DNA from: Cognatazoarcus halotolerans
GTDB lineage: Bacteria > Pseudomonadota > Gammaproteobacteria > Burkholderiales > Rhodocyclaceae
DNA length: 24,000 nucleotides
NCBI RefSeq assembly: GCF_009800965.1
Contig: NZ_WUAF01000002.1
Span: 84,299-108,298 of the forward strand
Direction: 5' to 3'
The notes under the pieces are model-generated. The model worked only from the letters and a program-made list of their open reading frames with translations. It had not been told where the DNA came from and did no database searches. Every line of letters starts with the position of its first letter. Positions within the stretch are counted from its first letter, which is position 1. The translations under genes and the position numbers were made by a program. Shown here one piece after another: positions 10,153 through 20,668 of this stretch.

Positions 10153-11088
10153 TCAGCCGTCGGCCTGCGGCACGCCGCCGGTGAGGGCGGCATCGCCGAA
10201 GTGGCGGCTGGCGCGAACGTCGGCCGCGGTGACGGTGCACAGTGCATCGACGCCGATCTGTCCGCCGCCGCCGCCGTCGAACAGCCGCAGGGCCTGGCGC
10301 AGGCGCATGCGATCCAGCGCATTACGCACGCTGCGTGCGTTGGCGAAATGCGGTCGGCTGCGGCGCAGCGCGAGGTATTCGTCGAAGGCAGCGCGGCCCG
10401 CCGCATCGAAGCGGTAGTTCCAGTCGGCCAGCATGCGTTCGGCAATCTCGCCAAGCTCCCCGTCGGCGTAGTCCGGAAATTCGACGTGGTGGGCGATGCG
10501 CGACTTCATGCCGGGGTTGGATTCGAAGAAGGTTTCCATGCGCTCGGCATAGCCAGCGAGGATCACCACCAGGTCGTCGCGCTGGTTCTCCATCACCTGC
10601 AGGAGGATCTCGATCGCTTCCTGGCCGTAGTCCTTCTCGTTCTCGGGGCGGTACAGGTAGTAGGCCTCGTCGATGAACAGCACACCGCCCATGGCGCGCT
10701 TGAGCACCTCCTTGGTCTTGGGTGCGGTGTGGCCGATGTACTGGCCGACGAGGTCGTCGCGGGTCACCGCCACGACGTGACCCTTGCGCACGTAGCCCAG
10801 GCGCTGGAGGATCTGCGCCATGCGCATCGCCACCGTGGTCTTGCCGGTGCCCGGGTTGCCGGTGAAGCTCATGTGCAGGGACGGTGGCGTGGTGGCGAGC
10901 CCGAGGCGGCTGCGCACCCGGTCCACCAGCAGCAGGGCCGCGATTTCGCGCACCCGGCGCTTGACCGGCGCAAGGCCGACCAGTTCGCGATCGAGGCGCT
11001 CGAGCACATCGGCAACGCCGGCCTCGCGATATTCCTCGGCGAGGTCGATGCGCTCTTGCGTGGCGGCTGTAGGGTCGATGGCGTTCAT
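10153..11088 (-). CDS. cbbX: CbbX, AAA+ red-type RuBisCO activase
   Basis: The 311-aa product has a Walker A motif ([11 protein letters not shown]) and a Walker B region ([47 protein letters not shown]) characteristic of CbbX. An AGGAG RBS is present. The gene lies directly downstream of cbbLS. Confidence 0.95.
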   Translation of the reverse strand: MNAIDPTAATQERIDLAEEYREAGVADVLERLDRELVGLAPVKRRVREIAALLLVDRVRSRLGLATTPPSLHMSFTGNPGTGKTTVAMRMAQILQRLGYVRKGHVVAVTRDDLVGQYIGHTAPKTKEVLKRAMGGVLFIDEAYYLYRPENEKDYGQEAIEILLQVMENQRDDLVVILAGYAERMETFFESNPGMKSRIAHHVEFPDYADGELGEIAERMLADWNYRFDAAGRAAFDEYLALRRSRPHFANARSVRNALDRMRLRQALRLFDGGGGGQIGVDALCTVTAADVRASRHFGDAALTGGVPQADG

Positions 11089-11132
11089 GCGGTGCTCCTG
11101 CGATGGTGACGGGTGCGACGGTGCTGTCGCGC

Positions 11133-11156
11133 AGCGGCCGGTCTCGCCGGCCTGCT
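11133..11156 (-). other. GC-rich hairpin immediately after the cbbS stop (possible partial terminator or processing site)
   Basis: The core is ggccgg-tctcg-ccggcc (11136-11141 / 11147-11152). It can extend by 3 more pairs with one bulge. No U-tract follows. Confidence 0.3.
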
Positions 11157-11588
11157 TCAGGTGCCGGTGGTGTAGCGCTCGCCTTCCGGGCGGCGCTGCA
11201 CCGCGTAGCTTTCAAGGGTGTAGTGGATGCTGCGGCCGGCGCCTTCGCGCCGCACCAGCCTGAAACCCGGTTCCTGCGAGGGGCGATTGACGATGAACGA
11301 GAGCCGCACCGTCTCCCAGCCCTTGCTCGGGTCGAAGGCGTTGATGCGGATGTAGTGCTCGGGCTGTGCCGCGCGGCAGGCGGCGAGTTCCTGCATCAAG
11401 CCAGCGGCGTCGTGGAGGTCGAACATCGGCAGGCCCCACATCGACCAATACACGTTGCGCGGGTGCGGGTCGTCGGTGAATTCGATCGATACCGCCCATT
11501 CGTTGCGCAGGCAATACTCGATCTGCGCGGCGATCTGGATGTCGGTGAGTTCCGGCAGGAAAGAAAAGGCGCCCTGGGTCATTCGCAT
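11157..11588 (-). CDS. cbbS: RuBisCO small subunit, red-type (form IC)
   Basis: This is the internal ATG (cat at 11586-11588) of the 371-aa track ORF, with a GGAGA RBS. The 143-aa product begins [56 protein letters not shown] and carries the C-terminal extension typical of red-type small subunits. Confidence 0.95.
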   Translation of the reverse strand: MRMTQGAFSFLPELTDIQIAAQIEYCLRNEWAVSIEFTDDPHPRNVYWSMWGLPMFDLHDAAGLMQELAACRAAQPEHYIRINAFDPSKGWETVRLSFIVNRPSQEPGFRLVRREGAGRSIHYTLESYAVQRRPEGERYTTGT

Positions 11589-11665
11589 GTTTGTCTCCTG
11601 GAGTCGGGTGCGGGTGGATGCGAAGGGGGAAAGGCTGACCTCCCGGCCCCTCGCGCTGGCGCGCT

Positions 11666-13217
<1,552 letters not shown>

Positions 13218-14138
13218 ATGAAACTGGCGAGTCGCGTCACCCTTCGGCAGCTGCGTGCGCTCGATGCGGTTGCCACCAGCGGCAGCTTTACCGATGCTGC
13301 CCGGCTGCTGCATCTCACCCAACCGGCGGTGTCGATGCAGTTGCGTGAGCTCGAAGGCATCGTCGGCGAGGTGTTGCTCGACGGGCGTCGCGAAATCCGT
13401 CTGACCCATGCCGGTGAGGTGCTGGTGCGTCGCGCCCGCGAAGTCTTCGATTCACTGGAGCTGGCGGAGGTCGAGATCAAGGCGCGTCGCGGTGTCGCGG
13501 CGGGCACGCTGGAGGTGGTGGCGATCACCACCGCAGAGTATTTCGTGCCGCACCTGCTGGCCGAATTCGGACGACGTTTTCCGGAGATCAGCTTCCGCCT
13601 GTCGGTCGAGAACCGTGAGCGGGTGCATGCCTTGCTGCGCGAGCAGCGGGTGGACGTGGCGATCATGGGAACGCCGCCGAAGGGCATCCCGCTGCGGCGT
13701 ACACCGTTCGCACCGCACGCGCTGAGCTTCGTTGCGCGGCCGGATCACCACCTTGCCGGCAAGCGCGCCCTCCCGCCGGCAAGTCTCACAGAGGAGCGTC
13801 TGCTGCTGCGCGAACGCGGTTCGGGCACCCGCGACCACCTCGAGCGCTACCTCAAGCACCACGGCGTACGTCCAGAGCGCGCCGACGAGCTGGGCAGCAA
13901 CGAGACGCTCAAGCAGGCGGCGATGGCCGGTCTCGGCGTGGCCTTCCTGTCTCACCACACCTTCGCGATGGAGGCCGAGACCGGGCGACTGGTGCGGCTC
14001 GATGTGCAGGACACGCCGGTGATCCGCGAATGGAACGTGGTGGTGCGCAGCGACCGGCCGCCGACCCCCGCGGTCGAGGCCTTGCTCGAATTTCTGCAGA
14101 CCGAGGGCGCGACGCTGCTGCGCGCCCACACCGCCTGA
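13218..14138 (+). CDS. cbbR: LysR-family transcriptional activator of the cbb operon (CbbR)
   Basis: The 306-aa product has an N-terminal wHTH domain (TLRQLRALDAVATSGSFTDAARLLHLTQPAVSMQLRELE). The gene is divergent from cbbL, the classic cbbR arrangement. Confidence 0.9.
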   Translation: MKLASRVTLRQLRALDAVATSGSFTDAARLLHLTQPAVSMQLRELEGIVGEVLLDGRREIRLTHAGEVLVRRAREVFDSLELAEVEIKARRGVAAGTLEVVAITTAEYFVPHLLAEFGRRFPEISFRLSVENRERVHALLREQRVDVAIMGTPPKGIPLRRTPFAPHALSFVARPDHHLAGKRALPPASLTEERLLLRERGSGTRDHLERYLKHHGVRPERADELGSNETLKQAAMAGLGVAFLSHHTFAMEAETGRLVRLDVQDTPVIREWNVVVRSDRPPTPAVEALLEFLQTEGATLLRAHTA

Positions 14139-14271
14139 ATGACCGAAGCGACCCTCAAGTCGATCCGGCTTCGACCGTAACAAGCCGTGACAACAAGTAC
14201 TGCCGGCAGGCTGCATGGCGGACCGAGGGTTTTACACCATCGTCATATGCAGAAGAAATGCCGTGCTCGGG

Positions 14272-15369
14272 ATGAATGGCATGACAATCGAAGAAGAATT
14301 GCGGGACAGCCGCATCCTGCTGTGTGATGCGCACCCGGAGGGGCTCGGGATACTCGGCAGCATGCTCGCGGATGAGGGGATGCAGGCGGTCGAGTCGCTG
14401 GGGGACGTCGAGCGGGTGGTCGCGGTGCTCAAGGGGCACGGCCCCTTCGATCTGCTGATCCTCGCAATCGACGGCAGTCGCGGCGAACCCGTCCTTGCCG
14501 TGCTGAAGGCGCTGCAGTCGGTGCCCCCGGGAGAAATGAGGCCGCAGGTGCTGGTACTCACCGAAGGTGACTGCGTGGAGGTCTGGACCGAAGCGCTGCG
14601 AATGGGGGCGGACGATTTCGCACGTCGCCCGCTGCGTCAGATGGAGTTTGCGCTGCGGGTGCGCAACCTGCTGCGCCTGCGTCGGGCGGTCGACCGGCAG
14701 CGCAGCTTCGACGCGGCGGTCGAGGCGCGGGTGAAGGCGCAGACCCTGGAGCTGGTGCGCGCGTCCGAGACCTTCGTGCGCAAGCTCGCGACCATCTGCG
14801 AGGTGCGCGACAGCGGTACCGGTCTGCACATCCTGCGCATCGGCAAGTATGTGCGGGTGATCGGCGAGGCGCTCGGCCTCGCTCCGGAAACCTGCCTGCT
14901 CATCGAACGGGCGGCCCCGCTGCACGACGTCGGCAAGATCGCGGTGCGCGAGGAGATCCTGCTCAAGCCGGGCCGGCTCTCGGGCGACGAGTACGAGCAG
15001 GTCAAGGAGCACGCCAGCGCGGGTGGCGAGCTGCTTGGCGACCAGGAATCACAGATGCTGCGGATGGCTGCGACGATCGCCGCGCATCACCACGAGCGAT
15101 GGGACGGCAGCGGCTATCCCAACGGCCTGCGCGGTGAGGAGATCCCGGTCGAGGCACGCATCACCGCGATCTGCGACGTCTTCGACGTACTCACCTCGAG
15201 GCGCCACTACAAGGATCCATGGTCGGTGCAGAACGCGGTCGAGTACCTGGTATCGGAAGCTGGCCGCCAGTTCGATCCGCAGCTGGTGGATATCTTCGTG
15301 CGTTCGATCGAGCGGATCGAGCATATCCGCGAAACCTACCATGACCTGCCCGAGCGGCGACAGGGTTGA
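14272..15369 (+). CDS. Response-regulator-like protein with a C-terminal HD-GYP domain (putative c-di-GMP phosphodiesterase, RpfG family)
   Basis: HD-GYP signatures are present: PLHDVGKIAV ... HHHERWDGSGYPNGLRGEEIP. The N-terminal roughly 120 aa resemble a receiver domain (RILLCDA ... FDLLILAIDGS ... VLVLTEGD ... ADDFARRPL). The start is uncertain; ATGs occur at 14215, 14272 and 14281. Nt 14215-14271 is AT-richer and looks non-coding, so I use 14272. Confidence 0.85.
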   Translation: MNGMTIEEELRDSRILLCDAHPEGLGILGSMLADEGMQAVESLGDVERVVAVLKGHGPFDLLILAIDGSRGEPVLAVLKALQSVPPGEMRPQVLVLTEGDCVEVWTEALRMGADDFARRPLRQMEFALRVRNLLRLRRAVDRQRSFDAAVEARVKAQTLELVRASETFVRKLATICEVRDSGTGLHILRIGKYVRVIGEALGLAPETCLLIERAAPLHDVGKIAVREEILLKPGRLSGDEYEQVKEHASAGGELLGDQESQMLRMAATIAAHHHERWDGSGYPNGLRGEEIPVEARITAICDVFDVLTSRRHYKDPWSVQNAVEYLVSEAGRQFDPQLVDIFVRSIERIEHIRETYHDLPERRQG

Positions 15370-15804
15370 TCAGTCGCCGCTCGGTGGTTCGATCTGCCCG
15401 AAGCCGGCGTAGCGGGCGATGAAGCGCTGTCGGCCCTGTCTCAGGAATGCGTCGAAATCCCATTCGCCGGGCTGCAGGCGGTGATGGAAGGCCGGCCGGA
15501 AGAGATAGGTCCAGGCGACGATGCGGGTATCGTCGGGCAGGCATACCTCGCGCCTGACTCGCTCGTATTCGAGGCCCTCGAATGCATCGAGACGGGCGAA
15601 TGCAGCCTCGTCGAGCATGCGATAGAGTAGCCCCCGAACCTCGTGCCCCTGACGCTCGACCATGCCGGGGTAGTCCTCGCCGCGTACCGGGTGGCGCTGG
15701 TGTCCGTGCAGCAGCGCCGGCTCGCCGTAGCACGGGCGACCGCACACCATCGACATGATCTCTTCGCACATCAATGAACCGTAAGTGAAGCAATGGAGCG
15801 TCAT
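15370..15804 (-). CDS. Gamma-glutamylcyclotransferase-like (AIG2/GGACT family) protein
   Basis: The 144-aa product has the N-terminal FTYGSLM motif and overall pattern (…YPGMVE…VRGLLY…LDAFEG..YERV) typical of AIG2-like/GGCT-fold proteins. Confidence 0.8.
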   Translation of the reverse strand: MTLHCFTYGSLMCEEIMSMVCGRPCYGEPALLHGHQRHPVRGEDYPGMVERQGHEVRGLLYRMLDEAAFARLDAFEGLEYERVRREVCLPDDTRIVAWTYLFRPAFHHRLQPGEWDFDAFLRQGRQRFIARYAGFGQIEPPSGD

Positions 15805-15884
15805 GGATTTGCCCAGATCTTGTTTTGCGATGCAGCATAAATGGCCGGTGAGCGCACGGCAAGCACCACTACGGGAAGCCGTTC

Positions 15885-17414
15885 ATGACCGACGCGCATG
15901 ATCATGCCCTGCAGGCCGCGCGCGCGCACTACCGGGCCGAGTGCTATGGGGCCGCGCTGCAGGCGGCTGAGTCGGCCGAGGGCTTCGGCGAATCGACACC
16001 CCTGCTGCGAGTGGCCGGGCTCAGCGCGCTGGCGCTCGATTCGCTGGATGCCGCGATCGGCTATCTCGGCCGGGTCAGCCGTGCCGACGGGCAGACGTCC
16101 GACGACCTCTACAACTACGGCATCGCCTTGTCGCGGGCGGGGCGCCATGGCGAGGCCGAGCCGATCCTGCGCCGCGTGCTCGCGCTTGATGCGCAGCATG
16201 CGCGCGCTGCCAACGCGCTGGCCGGACTGTGCCTGCAGTGCAATCGGCTCGACGAGGCCGAGGCGCTCTATCTGGAGGTGTTCGCGCGCGATCCGGTCCC
16301 GCCGGACGCGCACCTCAACTTTGCCCTGCTGTGCCTGCGTCGCAAGCGCTTTGCGGAGGCCGAGCATCATTACCGCCGTACCCTGGCGATCGATCCGGAG
16401 CATCACGAGGCGGCCTTCAATCTCGGCTCCGTGCTGCTGGCGCAGGGCCGTTTAGAGGAAGGCTGGCTGCACTACCGTCGTCGCACCGAGCCACGCCGCG
16501 GGCATGCCGCGGTGAGCGTGCCGCGCCTGCCTTTTGCCCGCTGGCAGGGCGAATCGCTCGCGGGCAAGCGCTTTCTGATGTGGTGCGAGCAGGGTTTTGG
16601 CGATCAGATCCAGTTCTGCCGTTACGTGTCGCTGTTGCGTGCGGCCGGCGCAAGCCAGTTGGAGGTTGTCTGTCCGCCGCCGCTGTGCAGCCTGTTGGCG
16701 CGGCTCGACGGCGTCGACCGGGTGATTCCATTCGGCACCGAGACGACCTTTTCACGACCCGACTACTGGGCGCTGCCGCTCGACCTGCCGGGGCTGTTCG
16801 GCACCACCATCGCGAACATTCCGGGCCCCCTGCCTTACCTCTCGGCCGACGATTCCCTGATCAGGCAGTGGGCGCCGCGGCTTCCCGCAGCAGGGCTGCG
16901 TGTGGGGCTGGCATGGAAGGGCTCGCGTGCGCACGCCAACGATGGGCAGCGCTCGTTGCCGGCGCTCTCGGTGCTGGCCCCGCTGTGGCAGGTGACGGGC
17001 GTGCGTTTCGTGAGCCTGCAGAAGGGGCCGGGCGAAGAGGAGGTTGCGCCGTTCTCGGTGGGTCGGCCGCTGTCGGGGCTTGGCGCCGAGATCGACAGCT
17101 TTGCCGACAGCGCCGCCATCATTTCGGGGCTGGACCTGGTGATCTGCGTCGATACCGCCATCGCCCATCTCGCCGGCGCGCTCGGCAAGCCCTGCTGGGT
17201 GCTGCTGCCGGACGAGAACACTGACTGGCGCTGGCTGCGCGAGCGCGAGGATTCGCCCTGGTACCCGGGGGTGATGCGCCTCTTCCGGCAGCACGCGCCG
17301 GGCGACTGGGCCGGCGTGGTGGAGCGGGTGCGCGATGCGCTCGCGCGACTAGCGTACAAGCAGCGCCAGCAACCCGATCAGGCCGGCCGCGGCGAGCGCG
17401 AGGGCCAGCCGTAG
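15885..17414 (+). CDS. TPR-repeat protein fused to a GT9-like (heptosyltransferase-fold) glycosyltransferase domain
   Basis: The N-terminal roughly 190 aa contain several TPR-like repeats (e.g. YNYGIALSRAGRHGEAEPILRRVLALDAQHARA, FNLGSVLLAQGRLEEGW). The C-terminal half has the GT9-like blocks WCEQGFGDQIQFCRYV and VDTAIAHLAGALGKPCWVLLP...DWRW...DSPWYP. The last 22 codons overlap the convergent ORF at 17349-17711. Confidence 0.85.
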   Translation: MTDAHDHALQAARAHYRAECYGAALQAAESAEGFGESTPLLRVAGLSALALDSLDAAIGYLGRVSRADGQTSDDLYNYGIALSRAGRHGEAEPILRRVLALDAQHARAANALAGLCLQCNRLDEAEALYLEVFARDPVPPDAHLNFALLCLRRKRFAEAEHHYRRTLAIDPEHHEAAFNLGSVLLAQGRLEEGWLHYRRRTEPRRGHAAVSVPRLPFARWQGESLAGKRFLMWCEQGFGDQIQFCRYVSLLRAAGASQLEVVCPPPLCSLLARLDGVDRVIPFGTETTFSRPDYWALPLDLPGLFGTTIANIPGPLPYLSADDSLIRQWAPRLPAAGLRVGLAWKGSRAHANDGQRSLPALSVLAPLWQVTGVRFVSLQKGPGEEEVAPFSVGRPLSGLGAEIDSFADSAAIISGLDLVICVDTAIAHLAGALGKPCWVLLPDENTDWRWLREREDSPWYPGVMRLFRQHAPGDWAGVVERVRDALARLAYKQRQQPDQAGRGEREGQP

Positions 17415-17711
17415 CTGGCGACGGGTGGCGTCGAGCGCCGTAACCAGTTGCTCGTTCTGCTCGGCAAGCCGGGCGATCAGTTCCGAGCTTGCCTGGGCTT
17501 CACGGCCGAGATCACAAACAGCTTGTTCGAGCAGATCGATCCGCGTCTCGAGCGGCACCGGCGCGTCGCGATCGGCTTCATCGGCGGGTGCCGGGGTTTC
17601 GTTCCTGACCTTGTTCCACAATCCCCGTGCGCTGCGGGCGAGGCCCGGCGCGGCGGCGATGACATCGGTCCATGGGATGGCCTTGGCGGCTGCGGCCCAA
17701 GGGATGGGCAT
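17349..17711 (-). CDS. Small hypothetical protein (120 aa): coiled-coil region plus C-terminal transmembrane anchor
   Basis: A GGAGA RBS lies 7-11 nt before the ATG. Third-codon positions are strongly G/C-biased, as in neighbouring genes. A helical segment (RIDLLEQAVCDLGREAQASSELIARLAEQNEQLVTALDATRRQL) is followed by LALALAAAGLIGLLALLVR-stop. I recognise no family. Confidence 0.55.
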   Translation of the reverse strand: MPIPWAAAAKAIPWTDVIAAAPGLARSARGLWNKVRNETPAPADEADRDAPVPLETRIDLLEQAVCDLGREAQASSELIARLAEQNEQLVTALDATRRQLRLALALAAAGLIGLLALLVR

Positions 17712-17742
17712 GACGCGATCTCCGTAATCGACTCGATGCTGC

Positions 17743-17784
17743 GACCCGCACGGCCAGCCGGGGTTCCTGCCGGCCGTGCGGGTC
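17743..17784 (-). terminator. Long perfect inverted repeat just downstream of valS (terminator-like hairpin, no U-tract)
   Basis: gacccgcacggcc (17743-17755) pairs perfectly with ggccgtgcgggtc (17772-17784), giving 13 bp. The 16-nt spacer can add 4 more pairs. The element starts 5 nt after the valS stop and ends 32 nt upstream of the 120-aa ORF start. Confidence 0.4.
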
Positions 17785-17788
17785 TGGC

Positions 17789-20668
17789 TCAGCGGCCGGC
17801 GAGCCGTTCCAGCTGGGGCCGCAGCTTCTCGAGTGTGGCGGAGAAGCCGGCGAGCCGCTCTTTCTCCTGGTTGACCACCGCCTCGGGGGCGCGCGCGACG
17901 AAGCTCTCGTTGGCGAGCTTGGCCCGCGCCTTGGTGATCTCACCTTCGAGGCGTGCGATTTCCTTGCCGAGGCGCTCGCGCTCGGCGGCGATGTCGATCT
18001 CCACCTTGAGCATCAGCCTCGTCGAGCCGACCACCGAGACCGGGGCCATCTCGTCGGCGCTGATCTCGTCGACCACGCTCACCTCGGAAAGCTTGGCGAG
18101 TCCGGCCAAGTAGGGCGCGTAGGCATTGAGCACGGCGGCCTCGCCCGCGGCGACGAGCGGCAGGCGCTGAGCGGGGGAAATGTTCATCTCGCCGCGCAGG
18201 TTACGGCAGGCGTAGGTCATCGCCTTGAGTTCGGCAACCTTCGCCTCGCTCGCTTCATCGATGCGGCTCATGTCGGCGGCGGGGTAGCGCGCCTGCATGA
18301 GGCTCTCGGTGTCCTTGCGGCCGGCCAGTGGCGCGACGGTCTGCCACAGCTCTTCGGTGATGAAGGGGATCAGCGGGTGCGCCAGGCGCAACACCGTCTC
18401 GAGCACCCGCAGCAGGGTGCGGCGCGTGGCGCGCTGCTGCGCTTCGTTGCCGTTCTGGATCTGTACCTTGGCGAGTTCGAGGTACCAGTCGCAGTACTCG
18501 TCCCAGACGAACTCGTAGATCGCCTTGGAGAGCAGGTCGAAGCGGTAGTCGGCGAAATGCTGGGTGACCTCGGCCTCGGTGCGCTGCAGCTTCGAGACGA
18601 TCCAGCGGTCGGCAAAGCTGAAGTCGAGGTAGCTGCCCTCGCAGGCCGCCGCGTCGTGGTTGTCGAGCCCGCAGTCATGCTCCTGGGTGTTCATGAGCAC
18701 GAAGCGGGTGGCGTTCCAGAGCTTGTTGCAGAAGTTGCGGTAGCCCTCGCAGCGGGCGAGGTCGAACTTGATGTCACGGCCCGGGCTGGCCAGCGAGGCA
18801 AAGGTGAAGCGCAGCGCATCGGTGCCGAAAGCCTGGATGCCGTCCGGGAACTCCTTGCGGGTCTTCTTTTCGATGCTTGCGGCCTGCTTCGGGTTCATCA
18901 GGCCGGTGGTGCGCTTGGCGACGAGTTCGTCGAGCGAGATGCCGTCGATCAGGTCGATCGGGTCGAGCACGTTGCCCTTCGACTTGGACATCTTCTGGCC
19001 TTCCGCATCGCGGATCAGGCCATGCACATAGACGTGCTTGAAGGGGATCTTGCCGGTGATATGCCTGGTCATCATCACCATCCGGGCAACCCAGAAGAAG
19101 ATGATGTCGAAGCCGGTGACGAGCACCGTGGAGGGCAGGTAGAGATCGAGCGCGTCGTTCGACTTCTGCGGCCACTCGGCGGTCCAGTCCAGCGTCGAGA
19201 AGGGCCACAGTGCCGACGAGTACCAGGTGTCGAGCACGTCCTCGTCACGGTTGAGTGTGCCGGCGTAGCCGTCGGCAGCTGCCAGCGCGGCAGCCTCGAC
19301 CTCGTCGTGGGCCACCCAGCAGCGGCCGTCGTCGCCATACCAGGCGGGGATCTGGTGACCCCACCACAGCTGGCGCGAGATGCACCAGTCCTGGATGTTG
19401 TTGAGCCACTGGTTGTAGGTGTTGACCCAGTTCTCGGGATAGAACCTGATCTCGCCCGAGGCCACGCATTCGAGTGCCTGCTCGGTGATGCTCTTGCCGT
19501 CCTTGCCCGGCTTGCTCATGGCCACGAACCACTGGTCGGTGAGCATCGGCTCGATGATCACGTTGGTGCGGTCGCCGCGCGGCACGGTCAGCTTGTGGGC
19601 CTTGGTCTCCACCAGCACGCCTGCCGATTCGAGATCGGCAACCACCTGCTTGCGTGCGTCGACGCGGTCGAGCCCGGCAATGTTCGTCGGCATCGCGACC
19701 GTGGCCTTGCTCTGGCCCTTGGTGTCGAACACCTCCGCACCGGCCGGCACGCTGCCGTCGAGCCGGAGGATCACGATCATGTCGAGGCCGTGACGCTGGC
19801 CGACCGCGTAGTCGTTGAAGTCGTGCGCCGGCGTGACCTTGACGCAGCCGGTGCCGAACTCGCGCTCGACATAGTCGTCGGCAATGACCGGGATGTCGCG
19901 CTCGGTGAGCGGCAGTCGCACCGTCTTGCCGATTAGGTGGGCGTAGCGCTCGTCCTCGGGGTGCACCATCACCGCGACGTCGCCGAGCATGGTCTCGGGG
20001 CGGGTGGTGGCGACGGTGAGGCCTTTGAGCTCACCGATCGGGCCTTCGGTAAACGGATAGAGGATGTGCCACAGCTTGCCGTCTTCCTCTTCCTGCACCA
20101 CTTCGAGGTCGGACACCGCGGTGCCCAGTTTCGGGTCCCAGTTGACCAGCCGCTTGCCGCGGTAGATGAGGCCTTCGTTGTAGAGCCGTACGAAGGTTTC
20201 GGTGACCGTCTTCGAGAGCCCCGCATCCATCGTGAAGCGCTCGCGCTTCCAGTCCGGGCTGGCGCCGAGACGGCGCATCTGGCGGGTGATGGTGCCGCCG
20301 GAATACTCCTTCCACTCCCACACCTTCTCGAGGAACTTTTCCCGTCCGAGGTCGTGACGGCTCACGCCCTGAGCGTCCAGCTGGCGTTCGACGACGATCT
20401 GTGTGGCGATGCCGGCGTGGTCGGTGCCCGGCTGCCACAGGGTGTTGTCGCCGCGCATGCGGTGGAAGCGGGTGAGGGCATCCATGATGGTCTGGTTGAA
20501 ACCATGACCCATGTGCAGCGTGCCGGTGACATTGGGTGGCGGGAGGAGGATGCAGAAGGCGTCCTGCTTGCTCTTGTCGAGGCCTGCGTCGAAATATCCG
20601 CGCGACTCCCATTCCGGGTACCAGCGGCGCTCGATCTCCGCCGGCTCAAAACTCTTGGCCAGTTCCAT
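17789..20668 (-). CDS. valS: Valine--tRNA ligase
   Basis: The 959-aa product has a class I HIGH-type motif ([15 protein letters not shown]), a KMSKS motif (KMSKSKGN) and the C-terminal coiled coil typical of ValRS. Confidence 0.97.
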   Translation of the reverse strand: MELAKSFEPAEIERRWYPEWESRGYFDAGLDKSKQDAFCILLPPPNVTGTLHMGHGFNQTIMDALTRFHRMRGDNTLWQPGTDHAGIATQIVVERQLDAQGVSRHDLGREKFLEKVWEWKEYSGGTITRQMRRLGASPDWKRERFTMDAGLSKTVTETFVRLYNEGLIYRGKRLVNWDPKLGTAVSDLEVVQEEEDGKLWHILYPFTEGPIGELKGLTVATTRPETMLGDVAVMVHPEDERYAHLIGKTVRLPLTERDIPVIADDYVEREFGTGCVKVTPAHDFNDYAVGQRHGLDMIVILRLDGSVPAGAEVFDTKGQSKATVAMPTNIAGLDRVDARKQVVADLESAGVLVETKAHKLTVPRGDRTNVIIEPMLTDQWFVAMSKPGKDGKSITEQALECVASGEIRFYPENWVNTYNQWLNNIQDWCISRQLWWGHQIPAWYGDDGRCWVAHDEVEAAALAAADGYAGTLNRDEDVLDTWYSSALWPFSTLDWTAEWPQKSNDALDLYLPSTVLVTGFDIIFFWVARMVMMTRHITGKIPFKHVYVHGLIRDAEGQKMSKSKGNVLDPIDLIDGISLDELVAKRTTGLMNPKQAASIEKKTRKEFPDGIQAFGTDALRFTFASLASPGRDIKFDLARCEGYRNFCNKLWNATRFVLMNTQEHDCGLDNHDAAACEGSYLDFSFADRWIVSKLQRTEAEVTQHFADYRFDLLSKAIYEFVWDEYCDWYLELAKVQIQNGNEAQQRATRRTLLRVLETVLRLAHPLIPFITEELWQTVAPLAGRKDTESLMQARYPAADMSRIDEASEAKVAELKAMTYACRNLRGEMNISPAQRLPLVAAGEAAVLNAYAPYLAGLAKLSEVSVVDEISADEMAPVSVVGSTRLMLKVEIDIAAERERLGKEIARLEGEITKARAKLANESFVARAPEAVVNQEKERLAGFSATLEKLRPQLERLAGR

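Noticed and set aside
9460-11109. 549-aa plus-strand ORF opposite fbp and cbbX
   Set aside because: It is antisense to two well-supported genes and has no motifs. It is a high-GC artefact.
14215-14271. Upstream ATG at 14215 for the HD-GYP gene
   Set aside because: The stretch is noticeably AT-richer than the coding sequence and encodes an odd N-terminus (MADRGFYTIVICRRNAVLG). I keep it as an alternative because no candidate start has a strong RBS.
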